The notes: generated by a model from the sequence alone, not told the origin. A DNA stretch of 48,405 bases from Thiohalospira sp. (GCA_046538755.1 JBKHIH010000018.1:1-48405); one strand, 5' to 3'. Positions 27,105 to 36,725 are shown, numbered from the stretch's first letter. Program-made: numbers and translations.

Positions 27105-27908
27105 ATGAATATACTCAAAAAACAAATAGCGCCTTTATCAGATAAGGCATGGAAAGAGATTACTGATCAGTCATCAGAAATATTTAGTATTTACCTGACA
27201 GCCAGAAGTTTTGTTGATTTAAATGGGCCAAATGGATTGGAATATGGAGGAGTTTCTACAGGTAGATTAGTACAAACAAACAAGGAAAACAAAGAGAATG
27301 TAAATTATGGTTTAAGGGAAATAGTTCCGCTTGTAGAAATTCGTAAACCTTTCGAATTAAATATTTGGGAAATGGATAATGTTGACAGAGGTGCATTGGA
27401 TGTAGATTTGGAACCTGTTGTTAAAGCTGCTAAACAGGTAGCTCTTTTTGAAGAAGATTTAATTTATAAAGGATTTAAAGACGGACAGGTTCAGGGCCTT
27501 GAAAAAAGCTCTATACACCCAAAAGTTACTTTGCCAAACGATCCTACGAAGTTGTTGAAAGTTATTGGTGAACAAGTTACTGTTTTTGAGAAACATGGTG
27601 TTAAAGGCCCATTTACCTTAGTTGTTAATGATAAAAAATGGCAGGATTTAGCCAGTCTGGAAAAGGGTTACCCGATTGTTAAACAATTAGAAGAGGTAAT
27701 GAATATTAAAGTAGTAATTAATTATGGAAATTATAACTCATTTTTTGTTTCAGAACGAGGCGGTGATTTTGAACTGTCCATTGGACAGGACATTTCTATA
27801 GGTTATGATAGCCATGATACAGAAAAAGTAAAGCTTTACTTTACCGAATCTTTTACCTTTAGAGTACTCGGGCCCGAAGCAGTAATCGTACTGGAAAGCC
27901 CAAAATAA
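27105..27908 (+). CDS. Family-1 encapsulin nanocompartment shell protein (linocin M18-like, HK97 fold)
   Basis: Strong end-to-end resemblance to Thermotoga-type encapsulin: LKKQIAPLSDKAWKEITDQSSEIF ... SERGGDFELSIGQDISIGYDSHD ... LYFTESFTFRVLGPEA. Length 267 aa. Confidence 0.85.
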   Translation: MNILKKQIAPLSDKAWKEITDQSSEIFSIYLTARSFVDLNGPNGLEYGGVSTGRLVQTNKENKENVNYGLREIVPLVEIRKPFELNIWEMDNVDRGALDVDLEPVVKAAKQVALFEEDLIYKGFKDGQVQGLEKSSIHPKVTLPNDPTKLLKVIGEQVTVFEKHGVKGPFTLVVNDKKWQDLASLEKGYPIVKQLEEVMNIKVVINYGNYNSFFVSERGGDFELSIGQDISIGYDSHDTEKVKLYFTESFTFRVLGPEAVIVLESPK

Positions 27909-28077
27909 AAAATAACTTGTTAGAAGGATATTGCATGAAGGTTCGACGGAAAGATTTGTGTGAGGCTTAAGCGGGAGACACCGGCAACAAAAAAGATTAT
28001 TAAAATTTGAATTTGTAAATCGCAGAACTAAGCGCTAGCGTTCTCATGACAGAAGGAAATAAAAACAATTGTTTAAC
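27904..28077 (+). repeat. Copy A of a ~140-170-bp conserved intergenic element. It begins at the encapsulin stop codon and carries a 34-bp insertion relative to copy B.
   Basis: About 92% identical to the reverse complement of 41153-41291. The shared core includes GCTTAAGCGGGAGACACCGGCAACAAAAAAGATTATT. Confidence 0.8.
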
Positions 28078-28112
28078 TAAAATATATTCTCGTGAAGATT
28101 CTTACAATAACT

Positions 28113-28597
28113 ATGAACCCTGTTATTGATAAAACAACAATAACTGAGTTGGTTATACCACATAATTTGTATTAGATATATCAGGATAACCTTTGAAGAT
28201 GGCCCTGGATGAAGGCATTTCTATGATAAAAACTAAATTTAAAGGAACTGTATTTTTTGCTGGATAAAGATAAAAACCATTATGGACATTGAAGAAGCAG
28301 CTCATAAGCTTGTTGAGAATGATGCCTGTACAATGCTTATTATATCTCTGGGTACAAAAGGAGTTATGTTAACAAGCAGGAGGTATTAATATTGAATATT
28401 TTGTGCCTCCGATAATACCAGTTAAATTATCTGTTAGAGCTGAAGATTCAATGATAGCAGGAATTTTTAATGGATTTATAAAAGCTTATTGGAGTTCCCA
28501 GACAATAAAATATGGTTTTGCTGCAGGTATATCCGCAAAAATTTCTGAAAGATGTAGGTTTTACACTAAAGAAGTAACGGATAAAATTTATAATTAG
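28113..28597 (+). pseudogene. Degraded duplicate of the downstream pfkB-family kinase gene
   Basis: Fragments in three different frames match the intact paralog at 28700-29629: MNPVIDKTTITE (N-terminus), AHKLVENDACTMLIISLGTKGVMLT (middle) and PPIIPVKLSVRAEDSMIAGIFNGFIKAYW (C-terminus). Stops and frameshifts interrupt them. Confidence 0.75.
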
Positions 28598-28699
28598 GTA
28601 AAAACTTATAAGGATAAGGAATCGAATTGCTATTGAAATCCTTTATATTAAGTTTATTGGTTACTTTTTTATGGTTTGTTTATTAAAAGATTTTATTTA

Positions 28700-29629
28700 A
28701 TGAAAGTTTTAACATTAACAATGAATCCGGTTTTAGACAGAAATACAAGTACAAAAATGGTTATGCCGGATAAAAAAGTACGATGCACCAGGCCAGAATT
28801 GAAACCCGGAGGTGGGGGAATTAATGTTTCCAGAGCTATTCAAAAATTAGGATACGAGTCTTCAGCATGTGCTTTGGCGGGTGGAACAAACCGTGGAAAA
28901 ATAGAAGATTTACTTGCAAAACATAATATTAAAACACACATAATAGATTCAGGAACCGATTGCAGGGAAAATTTATTTGTTTTTGATGAAACTACAGGCC
29001 AGATGTACAGGTTTATAATGCCCGGAGATCATGTAATTGCCGACGAAGAAAAAATATTACAACAAATTAAGGATATTGCAATAAATTACAATTATGTAGT
29101 TGCCAGTGGTAGTCTGCTTCCGGGAATATCGACTGAATTTTATGCAAAGTTGGCTAAATTTTTTAAAGAAAATGATATTAAATTCATTTTGGATACATCA
29201 GGCCCGGCGCTTAAAAATGCTATTCAAGAGGGTGTATACCTGATTAAGCCCAATTTAAGAGAACTTGCCAGTTTGGTAGGAAAGGATAAGTTAACAGGAA
29301 TAGACCAGGAAAAAGCTGCAAATGAAATTTTAGAAAAGGGGCAGGCTAATGTTATTGTATTATCGCTTGGAGCCAAAGGTGCAATGTTGGCCCAAATTGG
29401 ACATATAATTGAATACATTACTCCTCCCACAATGCCAATAGTTAGTCCTGTGGGAGCCGGCGACTCAATGGTAGCCGGAATTATTACCGGGTTTATTAAA
29501 GGTTTTTGGCCAACAGAAGCAATTCGATATGGAGTAGCAGCAGGTACAGCCGCGGCCATGCAACCTGGTTCGGAACTTTGTACTAAAGAAGATACCGACA
29601 GGATATGGAAATGGCTAAAGCCTGATTAA
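28700..29629 (+). CDS. PfkB-family sugar-phosphate kinase (Pfk-2 / 1-phosphofructokinase / tagatose-6-P kinase subfamily)
   Basis: Motifs GGGGINVSRA and VGAGDSMVAGI, the FruK/LacC/Pfk-2-type anion hole. The start was chosen at the internal Met (MKVLTLTMNPV); the longest ORF begins at 28676. Confidence 0.75.
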   Translation: MKVLTLTMNPVLDRNTSTKMVMPDKKVRCTRPELKPGGGGINVSRAIQKLGYESSACALAGGTNRGKIEDLLAKHNIKTHIIDSGTDCRENLFVFDETTGQMYRFIMPGDHVIADEEKILQQIKDIAINYNYVVASGSLLPGISTEFYAKLAKFFKENDIKFILDTSGPALKNAIQEGVYLIKPNLRELASLVGKDKLTGIDQEKAANEILEKGQANVIVLSLGAKGAMLAQIGHIIEYITPPTMPIVSPVGAGDSMVAGIITGFIKGFWPTEAIRYGVAAGTAAAMQPGSELCTKEDTDRIWKWLKPD

Positions 29630-29754
29630 TATCAAGCTATAGTTCATAAAATAGATTATAATCAGTTAAATTAAAAGAGGGTTATTATGTTTCAATTTAT
29701 AGAACTTAGTAAAAGCAAAATAGCATGATTTTGAATCTCTAAAATAAAATAACA

Positions 29755-30246
29755 ATGGTAATTATAGTTTTTGGTTTGCCAGGAACCGGGAAAACATACT
29801 TTTCAGAGCATTTATCGGAAAGCATTGGAGCTGTTCATCTGAATACTGACAAGCTCAGAATTGAATATGATAAAACAGGAGAATATGATGAAGAAACAAA
29901 AAATTTCATTTACAATCAACTAAAAAATGAAATGGTGAAAAATATAGCAAATTCTAATGATGTTATTGTGGATGGAACATTTCATCGGAAAGAAAATCGA
30001 AAAGCATTTGAAGTTGAAATAAGCAGGCAGGGAGTAAATGCTTTTTTTATTGAAGTAAAGGCTAAGGAAGAAACCATTAAACAAAGGCTGAAAAATAACA
30101 GGAAATATAGTGAAGCTGGTTATGAGGTTTATTTAAAAATAAAACAGAATTTTGATGCTTATGAAAAAGATCATTTAACGCTATGGTCTGACAGTCAAGA
30201 TGTAAAAGATATGATTAAAAAAGCCAAACAATATATTTATGAATGA
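29755..30246 (+). CDS. Small P-loop kinase (AAA_33 / gluconokinase-like)
   Basis: Walker A at the N-terminus (FGLPGTGKTY) and a ~160-aa nucleotide/sugar-kinase-like fold. The stop overlaps the start of the next gene (ATGAATGA). Confidence 0.6.
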   Translation: MVIIVFGLPGTGKTYFSEHLSESIGAVHLNTDKLRIEYDKTGEYDEETKNFIYNQLKNEMVKNIANSNDVIVDGTFHRKENRKAFEVEISRQGVNAFFIEVKAKEETIKQRLKNNRKYSEAGYEVYLKIKQNFDAYEKDHLTLWSDSQDVKDMIKKAKQYIYE

Positions 30247-31240
30247 GAAACAAATACATAAACTAATTGATAACAAAACTCTTCCGGATTCAAATGACAA
30301 TATTGAATTAAAGGAAACCCATATCTCATGGGTTATTCTCACCAATAATTTTGCGTATAAAGTGAAAAAACCCGTAACATTCTCTTTTCTGGATTTTTCC
30401 ACCCTTGATAAACGTGAATATTACTGTTGGAGAGAAATAGAGTTGAATAAACGGCTTGCTGAAGACATGTATCTGGATGTGATACCTATTACTGAAAAAA
30501 TGGTATCAACCAAAAATAGCAATAATGAAATAATCGACTATGCCGTTAAAATGAAACGCATGGATAATGAGAAAGAAATGAGCCGCCTTCTCTCCCGGAA
30601 CGAGGTTAGATCAAAAGATATTGAAAATATTGCTGCTGTTATATCTGAATTTCATAATAAAACCCAACAGGTAAAAAATGTATTTAACACTACACGGTTT
30701 CAGAAACAATACAAAAAATTGCAAGAAGAGCTTGATTATGTTAACGAATTTATTGGCTCCAAATGGGGCGAAAAGATTAAAGCATGTGTTGAAAAATCCA
30801 ATACTTATTTAAATAATAACCGGGAATTATTAAATGAAAGAGTAATTTCCGGATTTCAAAAAGATTGCCATGGAGATTTAACATCATATAACATCTTTTT
30901 ATACGATCCGCCTGTTGTTTTTGATTGTATCGAATTCAATAATGAGTTCAGGCAAATTGATGTATTTAATGAAATAGCTTTTTTATGTGTGGATCTTGAT
31001 TTTTTTGGTAAAAAAGAATTTAGCCAACTTTTCTTTGATAAATATTCTGAACTTATGAATTATAAAAACAGCGATGAGGAAATCAGCCTCTTTAATTTTT
31101 ATAAAAGTTACAGAGCTAACATTAGAGCTAAAGTTACCATATTAAACCAAAAACAACATCAGAATGATGATAAAGCTAACAATGATATTAAACAGTTTAT
31201 TGATTTAATGACTGAATATTTGTCCATTATCAAAACGTAA
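30239..31240 (+). CDS. APH/choline-kinase-fold (protein-kinase-like) phosphotransferase, possible sugar kinase (maltokinase-like fold)
   Basis: Catalytic-loop-like motif (CHGDLTSYNIFLYD), DFG-like segment (FDCIEFNNEF) and Brenner-type N-lobe. Translationally coupled to the upstream P-loop kinase. Confidence 0.55.
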   Translation: MNEKQIHKLIDNKTLPDSNDNIELKETHISWVILTNNFAYKVKKPVTFSFLDFSTLDKREYYCWREIELNKRLAEDMYLDVIPITEKMVSTKNSNNEIIDYAVKMKRMDNEKEMSRLLSRNEVRSKDIENIAAVISEFHNKTQQVKNVFNTTRFQKQYKKLQEELDYVNEFIGSKWGEKIKACVEKSNTYLNNNRELLNERVISGFQKDCHGDLTSYNIFLYDPPVVFDCIEFNNEFRQIDVFNEIAFLCVDLDFFGKKEFSQLFFDKYSELMNYKNSDEEISLFNFYKSYRANIRAKVTILNQKQHQNDDKANNDIKQFIDLMTEYLSIIKT

Positions 31241-31409
31241 AAGTTAATGTTATGAGGGCAACCATTTTTAACGTTAAGAATTCTTAAATATCTTACATAT
31301 ACTATTCAATATTTTAAAATTTTACTTGTTCAGGTTAATTATAATCGCATTATAATTTTGGTTTGGGATTAGCATATATAGTAGAAAATAAATGATATGA
31401 AAAAGAAGT

Positions 31410-32954
31410 ATGCAAAATAATAATTACATAGGTTTAAAAGCTGTTATTCTCGATATGGATGGAGTAATAACACAAACAGCCAAAGTACATAAAAAAGCAT
31501 GGAAAAAAATGTTTGATGCATTTTTAGAAGGAGAATCCAAAGATTTTGAACCTTTTACCAATGCTGATTATTTAAAATATGTAGATGGCAAACCCAGATA
31601 TAAAGGAGTTCAAAGTTTTCTGCAATCGAAGAAAATAGATTTACCTTACGGAGATCCGGATGACTCTGAAAAAGAAAAAACTGTTTGTGGTTTAGGAAAC
31701 AGAAAAAACAAGATATTCCTTCAGTTAATTGAAACAAACGGGGTGGATGTGTATGAAGATTCTGTAAGTATGATCAAGCAATGGATTGACGCTGGATTGA
31801 AAACAGCCGTTATATCTTCTAGCAAAAATTGCAAACAAATTCTACAAACAGCAAATATCCTTAATTTATTCGATGTTTTGATTGATGGTGTGGTTTCCGC
31901 CGAAAGAAACCTGGAAGGGAAACCCGAACCTGATATATTCTTTGAGGCTGCGAAAGATATTGGTGTTAATGCAAGTGAATGCGTAGTTTTCGAAGATGCT
32001 ATTTCGGGAGTGCAGGCCGGTAGCAAAGGAAATTTTGCTTATGTAGTGGGCGTTAACAGGGATGATAATAAAATTGCTTTGTTAAACAATGGTGCTGACG
32101 ATGTTATAAACAGTTTTAATGAGATTCATTTAATGGGCAATCAAGAGCTAAAATATTATTTTAATAATCCCTTAACTAATATTTTTTCAGAACCCAGGGA
32201 GTTTGAAAAAGAAATGAAAAATAAGATGCCGGTACTTTTTCTCGATTATGACGGAACGCTTACTCCTATCGTAAAGCATCCTGAAGATGCTGTTTTATCT
32301 GATGATATGAAAAAAGCGATCAAAAATTGTGCATCTAAGATTTTTGTGGCTGTTGTCAGTGGAAGAGATATGGACGATGTGAAAGATTTGGTTGGCGTTG
32401 ATGAATTATATTATGCCGGAAGCCATGGGTATAGAATTTCCGGACCCGATGGATTATATCACGAACACAAAAAAACGAAAGAAATATTACCTAAGCTGGA
32501 CAAGATTGAAAAGAAACTGAATAAAAACCTATCGGATATAGAAGGAGTTAAAATAGAGAGGAAAAGATACGCCATCGCTGTACATTATAGAAATGTGGCC
32601 GAAAAAGATGTGACAAATCTTAAAAATAAAGTTGAAAGTTTAATGAACAAATCGGATGGATTAAAGATAGGAGGAGGTAAAAAAATAGTTGAAATAAAAC
32701 CTGATATAGATTGGCACAAAGGGAAAGCCATCTCCTGGATACTTAACACGTTGGAATTAAAAGAAAAAAAGGAAATCTTTCCAATTTATATAGGAGACGA
32801 TATTACCGACGAAGATGCATTTAAGGAAATTGAAAATAATGGAGCGGGCGTTCTGGTAGGTTTTCACGATGATGTTGAAAATACCAGGGCGAGGTTTAGC
32901 CTGAAGAATGTATATCAGGTTAAACTATTTTTAGAAATGCTGGTACAATTTTAA
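31410..32954 (+). CDS. Bifunctional HAD fusion: beta-phosphoglucomutase-like N-domain plus trehalose-6-phosphate phosphatase (OtsB-like) C-domain
   Basis: N-domain: ILDMDGVITQTAKVHKKAWKKMF, SSSKNC, GKPEPDIF, FEDAISGVQAG (beta-PGM family). C-domain: LFLDYDGTLTPIV, VAVVSGRD, GKA, YIGDDITDEDAF (T6PP family). Confidence 0.75.
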   Translation: MQNNNYIGLKAVILDMDGVITQTAKVHKKAWKKMFDAFLEGESKDFEPFTNADYLKYVDGKPRYKGVQSFLQSKKIDLPYGDPDDSEKEKTVCGLGNRKNKIFLQLIETNGVDVYEDSVSMIKQWIDAGLKTAVISSSKNCKQILQTANILNLFDVLIDGVVSAERNLEGKPEPDIFFEAAKDIGVNASECVVFEDAISGVQAGSKGNFAYVVGVNRDDNKIALLNNGADDVINSFNEIHLMGNQELKYYFNNPLTNIFSEPREFEKEMKNKMPVLFLDYDGTLTPIVKHPEDAVLSDDMKKAIKNCASKIFVAVVSGRDMDDVKDLVGVDELYYAGSHGYRISGPDGLYHEHKKTKEILPKLDKIEKKLNKNLSDIEGVKIERKRYAIAVHYRNVAEKDVTNLKNKVESLMNKSDGLKIGGGKKIVEIKPDIDWHKGKAISWILNTLELKEKKEIFPIYIGDDITDEDAFKEIENNGAGVLVGFHDDVENTRARFSLKNVYQVKLFLEMLVQF

Positions 32955-32977
32955 ACTAAAAAAATATTCGATTAATT

Positions 32978-35368
32978 ATGAGTAACTGGATTTTACAATA
33001 TAAAGATTGGAACAAAGAAGAACATCCCCTAAGAGAGGCATTATGTACTCTGGGTAATGGATATTTTGCTACCCGTGGTGCTATAGAAGAATTAAAAGCC
33101 AATGATTTTAATTATCCCGGAACATATTTGGCGGGTGGTTATAACAGGGCAAAATCAAAAATTAATGGTAAAGAAATAGTTAATGAAGATCTGGTAAATA
33201 TTCCTAACTGGTTATTTCTGACATTTAAAATAAAAAACGGAAAGTGGCTTAATCTTGATGATGCTGAAATACTCGAATATCTGGTTAACCTGAATCTTAA
33301 AGAAGGTTTACTGGAAAGAAAAATTAAATTCCGTGATAATAACAATCACGAAACCACTTTAATAAGCAAAAGAATTGTTAGTATGCACGATCATCATGTA
33401 ATGGGCATTGAGTGGACAATGATACCTGAAAACTGGGAAGGTGAGATAACAGTCCGTTCAGCATTAGATGGAAGTGTTAAAAACAACGGTGTAGAGCGGT
33501 ACAATGATTTAAATAATGAACATCTCGATATTTTAGATAACGGAAAATTTAATGATAATAAGATTTTTCTATTAAGTCAGACCAAACAATCGAAACTGTT
33601 AATTGCACAAACATCACGATTAAGTATTTATCAGGAAAAAGATAAGATAAATACTAAAATAGAAGTGAATAAAGATGAGGAGATGGTGTGGCATGATACA
33701 AAATTTAACTGTTTAAAATTGCAACCTGTAAGGATAGAAAAAATAGCTGTCTTATTTACCTCAAGAGACTATGCAATTAGCGATCCGCTTGACGAAGCTC
33801 AACAAAAAATTAGTAAAATTGATAATTTTCATGAAATTTATTTAAATCATAAAATGGTTTGGGAACAACTATGGAACCATAGTAATTTCGAATTAGAAAC
33901 AGAAAACCATAGTTTATTATTTTTACGCCTGCATATATTTCATCTTTACCAAACCATATCGCAAAACAGTATAGATTATGATATTGGTATTCCTTCAAGG
34001 GGTTGGCATGGTGAGGCTTACCGGGGACATGTTTTTTGGGATGAATTATATATTTTGCCGTTTCTTAACCTGCATATGCCACATTTAGCACGTGCAATGC
34101 TAATGTACCGTTACCGCCGACTGCCCCGGGCACGTTATGCAGCTGCAGAAAATGGCTGTCGAGGTGCAATGTTTCCCTGGCAAAGTGGTAGTAACGGACG
34201 CGAAGAAAGCCAGAAAATTCATTTAAATCCTAAATCAGGCCGGTGGATTCCAGATTATTCAAATATTCAACGTCATATTAATGCAGCAATACCTTATAAT
34301 GTTTGGCTCTATTACCAGTCAACCAATGATATGGATTTTTTAGCAGGTTATGGTGCTGAAATTATTTTTAATACTGCCTTGTTTTGGTTAAGTATTGCAG
34401 AATATAATCCTAAAAGAAACCGGTATGAGATCAGTGGCGTTATGGGGCCGGATGAGTATCATACACATTATCCCGATTCAGATTTTCCGGGATTGAATAA
34501 TAATGCTTATACCAATTTTATGGCTGTTTGGGTAATCAGATGTGCCCTTGAGTTATTTAAAATATTAGATGAAAAAATAATAAATGAACTTACCCAAAAG
34601 GTCGGATTTACAAACAAGGATGTGGAGAAATGGGAATCGCTCATAAAAAAAATGTATATCCCGTTTAACGATAAAGGGATTATCATGCAATTCGATGGTT
34701 TTGATAAATTGAAAAATCTCGATTGGGAAAAGTATAAAAAGAAATATGGTAATACGCTTCGCCTCGATCGTATCCTTGAAAAGGAGAACGATTCGCCGAA
34801 TAATTATAAAGTATGTAAGCAGGCAGATGTTTTAATGCTTTTTTACTTATTTTCTGCCGATGAGTTAACTAGGATTTTTAATGATTTAGATTATGATTTT
34901 GACCCAAAAACCATACCTGATAATATTGAATACTACCAAAAGATTACTTCACATGGATCAACCTTAAGCCGTGTTATTTTTTCATGGGTTTATGTGCGTT
35001 CAAATAGAGAATTATCGTGGAGCAATTTTAGAGAAGCTTTATTGAGCGATTTTAATGATGTTCAGGGAGGCACTACACCTGAAGGTATACATCTTGGTGC
35101 TATGGCCGGAACCATTGATATTATGCAGCGCTGTTATACCGGACTTGAAATACGGGATGATATTTTATGGTTAAATCCATGTTTGCCTGAAAAACTTAAT
35201 CAATTGAAAATGCACATAAGGTATCGTAGTCATTGGATTAAATTAAGAATTACGCAGAAAAAATTGTATTTGCAATTTGAAAAAGGTTGGGCAAATCCAA
35301 TTACGATTAGCGTAAATGGACAACAAAAAGAACTTGGCTTTAACGACTCTGCAGTGTTTGATTTATAA
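32978..35368 (+). CDS. GH65 disaccharide phosphorylase (trehalose/T6P/kojibiose/maltose phosphorylase family), specificity unknown
   Basis: GH65 N-terminal (CTLGNGYFATRGAIEE), catalytic-domain (GWHGEAYRGHVFWDE, MGPDEY) and C-terminal beta-sandwich regions. Length 796 aa. Confidence 0.8.
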   Translation: MSNWILQYKDWNKEEHPLREALCTLGNGYFATRGAIEELKANDFNYPGTYLAGGYNRAKSKINGKEIVNEDLVNIPNWLFLTFKIKNGKWLNLDDAEILEYLVNLNLKEGLLERKIKFRDNNNHETTLISKRIVSMHDHHVMGIEWTMIPENWEGEITVRSALDGSVKNNGVERYNDLNNEHLDILDNGKFNDNKIFLLSQTKQSKLLIAQTSRLSIYQEKDKINTKIEVNKDEEMVWHDTKFNCLKLQPVRIEKIAVLFTSRDYAISDPLDEAQQKISKIDNFHEIYLNHKMVWEQLWNHSNFELETENHSLLFLRLHIFHLYQTISQNSIDYDIGIPSRGWHGEAYRGHVFWDELYILPFLNLHMPHLARAMLMYRYRRLPRARYAAAENGCRGAMFPWQSGSNGREESQKIHLNPKSGRWIPDYSNIQRHINAAIPYNVWLYYQSTNDMDFLAGYGAEIIFNTALFWLSIAEYNPKRNRYEISGVMGPDEYHTHYPDSDFPGLNNNAYTNFMAVWVIRCALELFKILDEKIINELTQKVGFTNKDVEKWESLIKKMYIPFNDKGIIMQFDGFDKLKNLDWEKYKKKYGNTLRLDRILEKENDSPNNYKVCKQADVLMLFYLFSADELTRIFNDLDYDFDPKTIPDNIEYYQKITSHGSTLSRVIFSWVYVRSNRELSWSNFREALLSDFNDVQGGTTPEGIHLGAMAGTIDIMQRCYTGLEIRDDILWLNPCLPEKLNQLKMHIRYRSHWIKLRITQKKLYLQFEKGWANPITISVNGQQKELGFNDSAVFDL

Positions 35369-35381
35369 TATAATTAGTTGT

Positions 35382-36182
35382 TTAACAGTTTTTACTTACA
35401 CTGAGGTAATGTTTGGAATAGTTAATCATATGCTTTTCTTCACAATGATTGCTTATAAAACTAAACCACTTTTTTTTAATGGATGGAGCTAAATTTTTAT
35501 ACAACTGCATATTTTCTCCAAATATTCCTTCAATCCCAACTAAGTGAAGGGGTTTTAGTCCGGCATCTGTTATGATCGGATTTATTTCTTCGGGAAAAGA
35601 GAAGTAAGCATTGGTAAACCATTCGGTGCCTTCTACAAAGTTTTCGTCTGTGCCTGTCTCCCAAAGACTAAAAACTCCTTGTTTTTCTTGTATTCCTTCC
35701 GGATTCTTTTTTAATCCATAAAGCATTGCTGCCGATCTCGACATAAAAGCACTGTAGATATACCCATTTTTCTTTACATTTTTTTTCGCCATTTCAAGTA
35801 ACTTAAGCCGGTTTTTCTTCTCGGTAAGATGATATAATGGGCCTAAAATAAGAATAGCATCCCAGTTTTCTTTTTCCCATAATGTAGACTCCAAGGCATT
35901 TGAAACCGAAATATGAATCACATTTGGATGATCCTTAATTTTTTGCCGGGTTAACTTTATATTGTTTTCCGACAAATCGTTCAATCCTAATACATATCCT
36001 TTTTTAATTAATATTTCGGCATAATTGCCTGTTCCACAAGCTATATCAAGTATTTTGGCTCCCGGTTTCACATACTTTTCAATGTATTTTAGGGTAATTG
36101 GTATTTCAAATTCATTCTCATCAAGCCTTTTATCTTCAAAATAGGCGTGTGTGTTATAATATTCTTTTACTTTATTCATCAT
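35382..36182 (-). CDS. Class I SAM-dependent methyltransferase
   Basis: Motif I (ILDIACGTGNYAE) and a post-I acidic residue context (LNDLSE). Confidence 0.7.
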   Translation of the reverse strand: MMNKVKEYYNTHAYFEDKRLDENEFEIPITLKYIEKYVKPGAKILDIACGTGNYAEILIKKGYVLGLNDLSENNIKLTRQKIKDHPNVIHISVSNALESTLWEKENWDAILILGPLYHLTEKKNRLKLLEMAKKNVKKNGYIYSAFMSRSAAMLYGLKKNPEGIQEKQGVFSLWETGTDENFVEGTEWFTNAYFSFPEEINPIITDAGLKPLHLVGIEGIFGENMQLYKNLAPSIKKKWFSFISNHCEEKHMINYSKHYLSVSKNC

Positions 36183-36469
36183 TTACTTTGCTTACATACA
36201 TTCTTACCTGACCTAAAAATGTGCCAACAGCTTGCTTTTGATTTTAGAATAGTGTTTATAATATAATACTGAACAATTACATAGGAATGTGTAATTGATG
36301 TTTTATTATTTATATTGAGGACACTTTTCACAAAAAGTGTAGATTTTATCCACACAAAAGACCAGATTGTTTGTGTTTAATTTAATCAGCAGTTTATGGA
36401 GTATTTGGTTAATATGCAGGATAGTAAAAGAGCAAACAAGATAATGATAAATCTTGGTACTCAACTTGA

Positions 36470-36709
36470 AGTAATGATAATGAGAAAAAAGGTAAATATA
36501 TCTATAAAACAACCGAAAAGCTTTCTATTCGTAGTGTTATTAAAGATGAAGTTGTTTGTTTTAATTTTGAAAATATAAGTAATACGGAAATTTTAATTAC
36601 AGGCGAATTAAATATAAGCCGGTTCGATTATAATGTAGATTATGATTCGGCAGGAATGGGCAAAGAAGCGAAAGTAAAAATTGAAGTAAAAGCTCAAATT
36701 AAAGAATAA
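36470..36709 (+). pseudogene. Possible C-terminal remnant of a YceI-like protein
   Basis: The open frame encodes ...ILITGELNISRFDYNVDYDSAGMGKEAKVKIEVKAQIKE, which resembles the YceI C-terminus. It is far too short for a full domain and has no plausible start. Confidence 0.3.
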
Positions 36710-36725
36710 ATAGTAATAAGAGATA

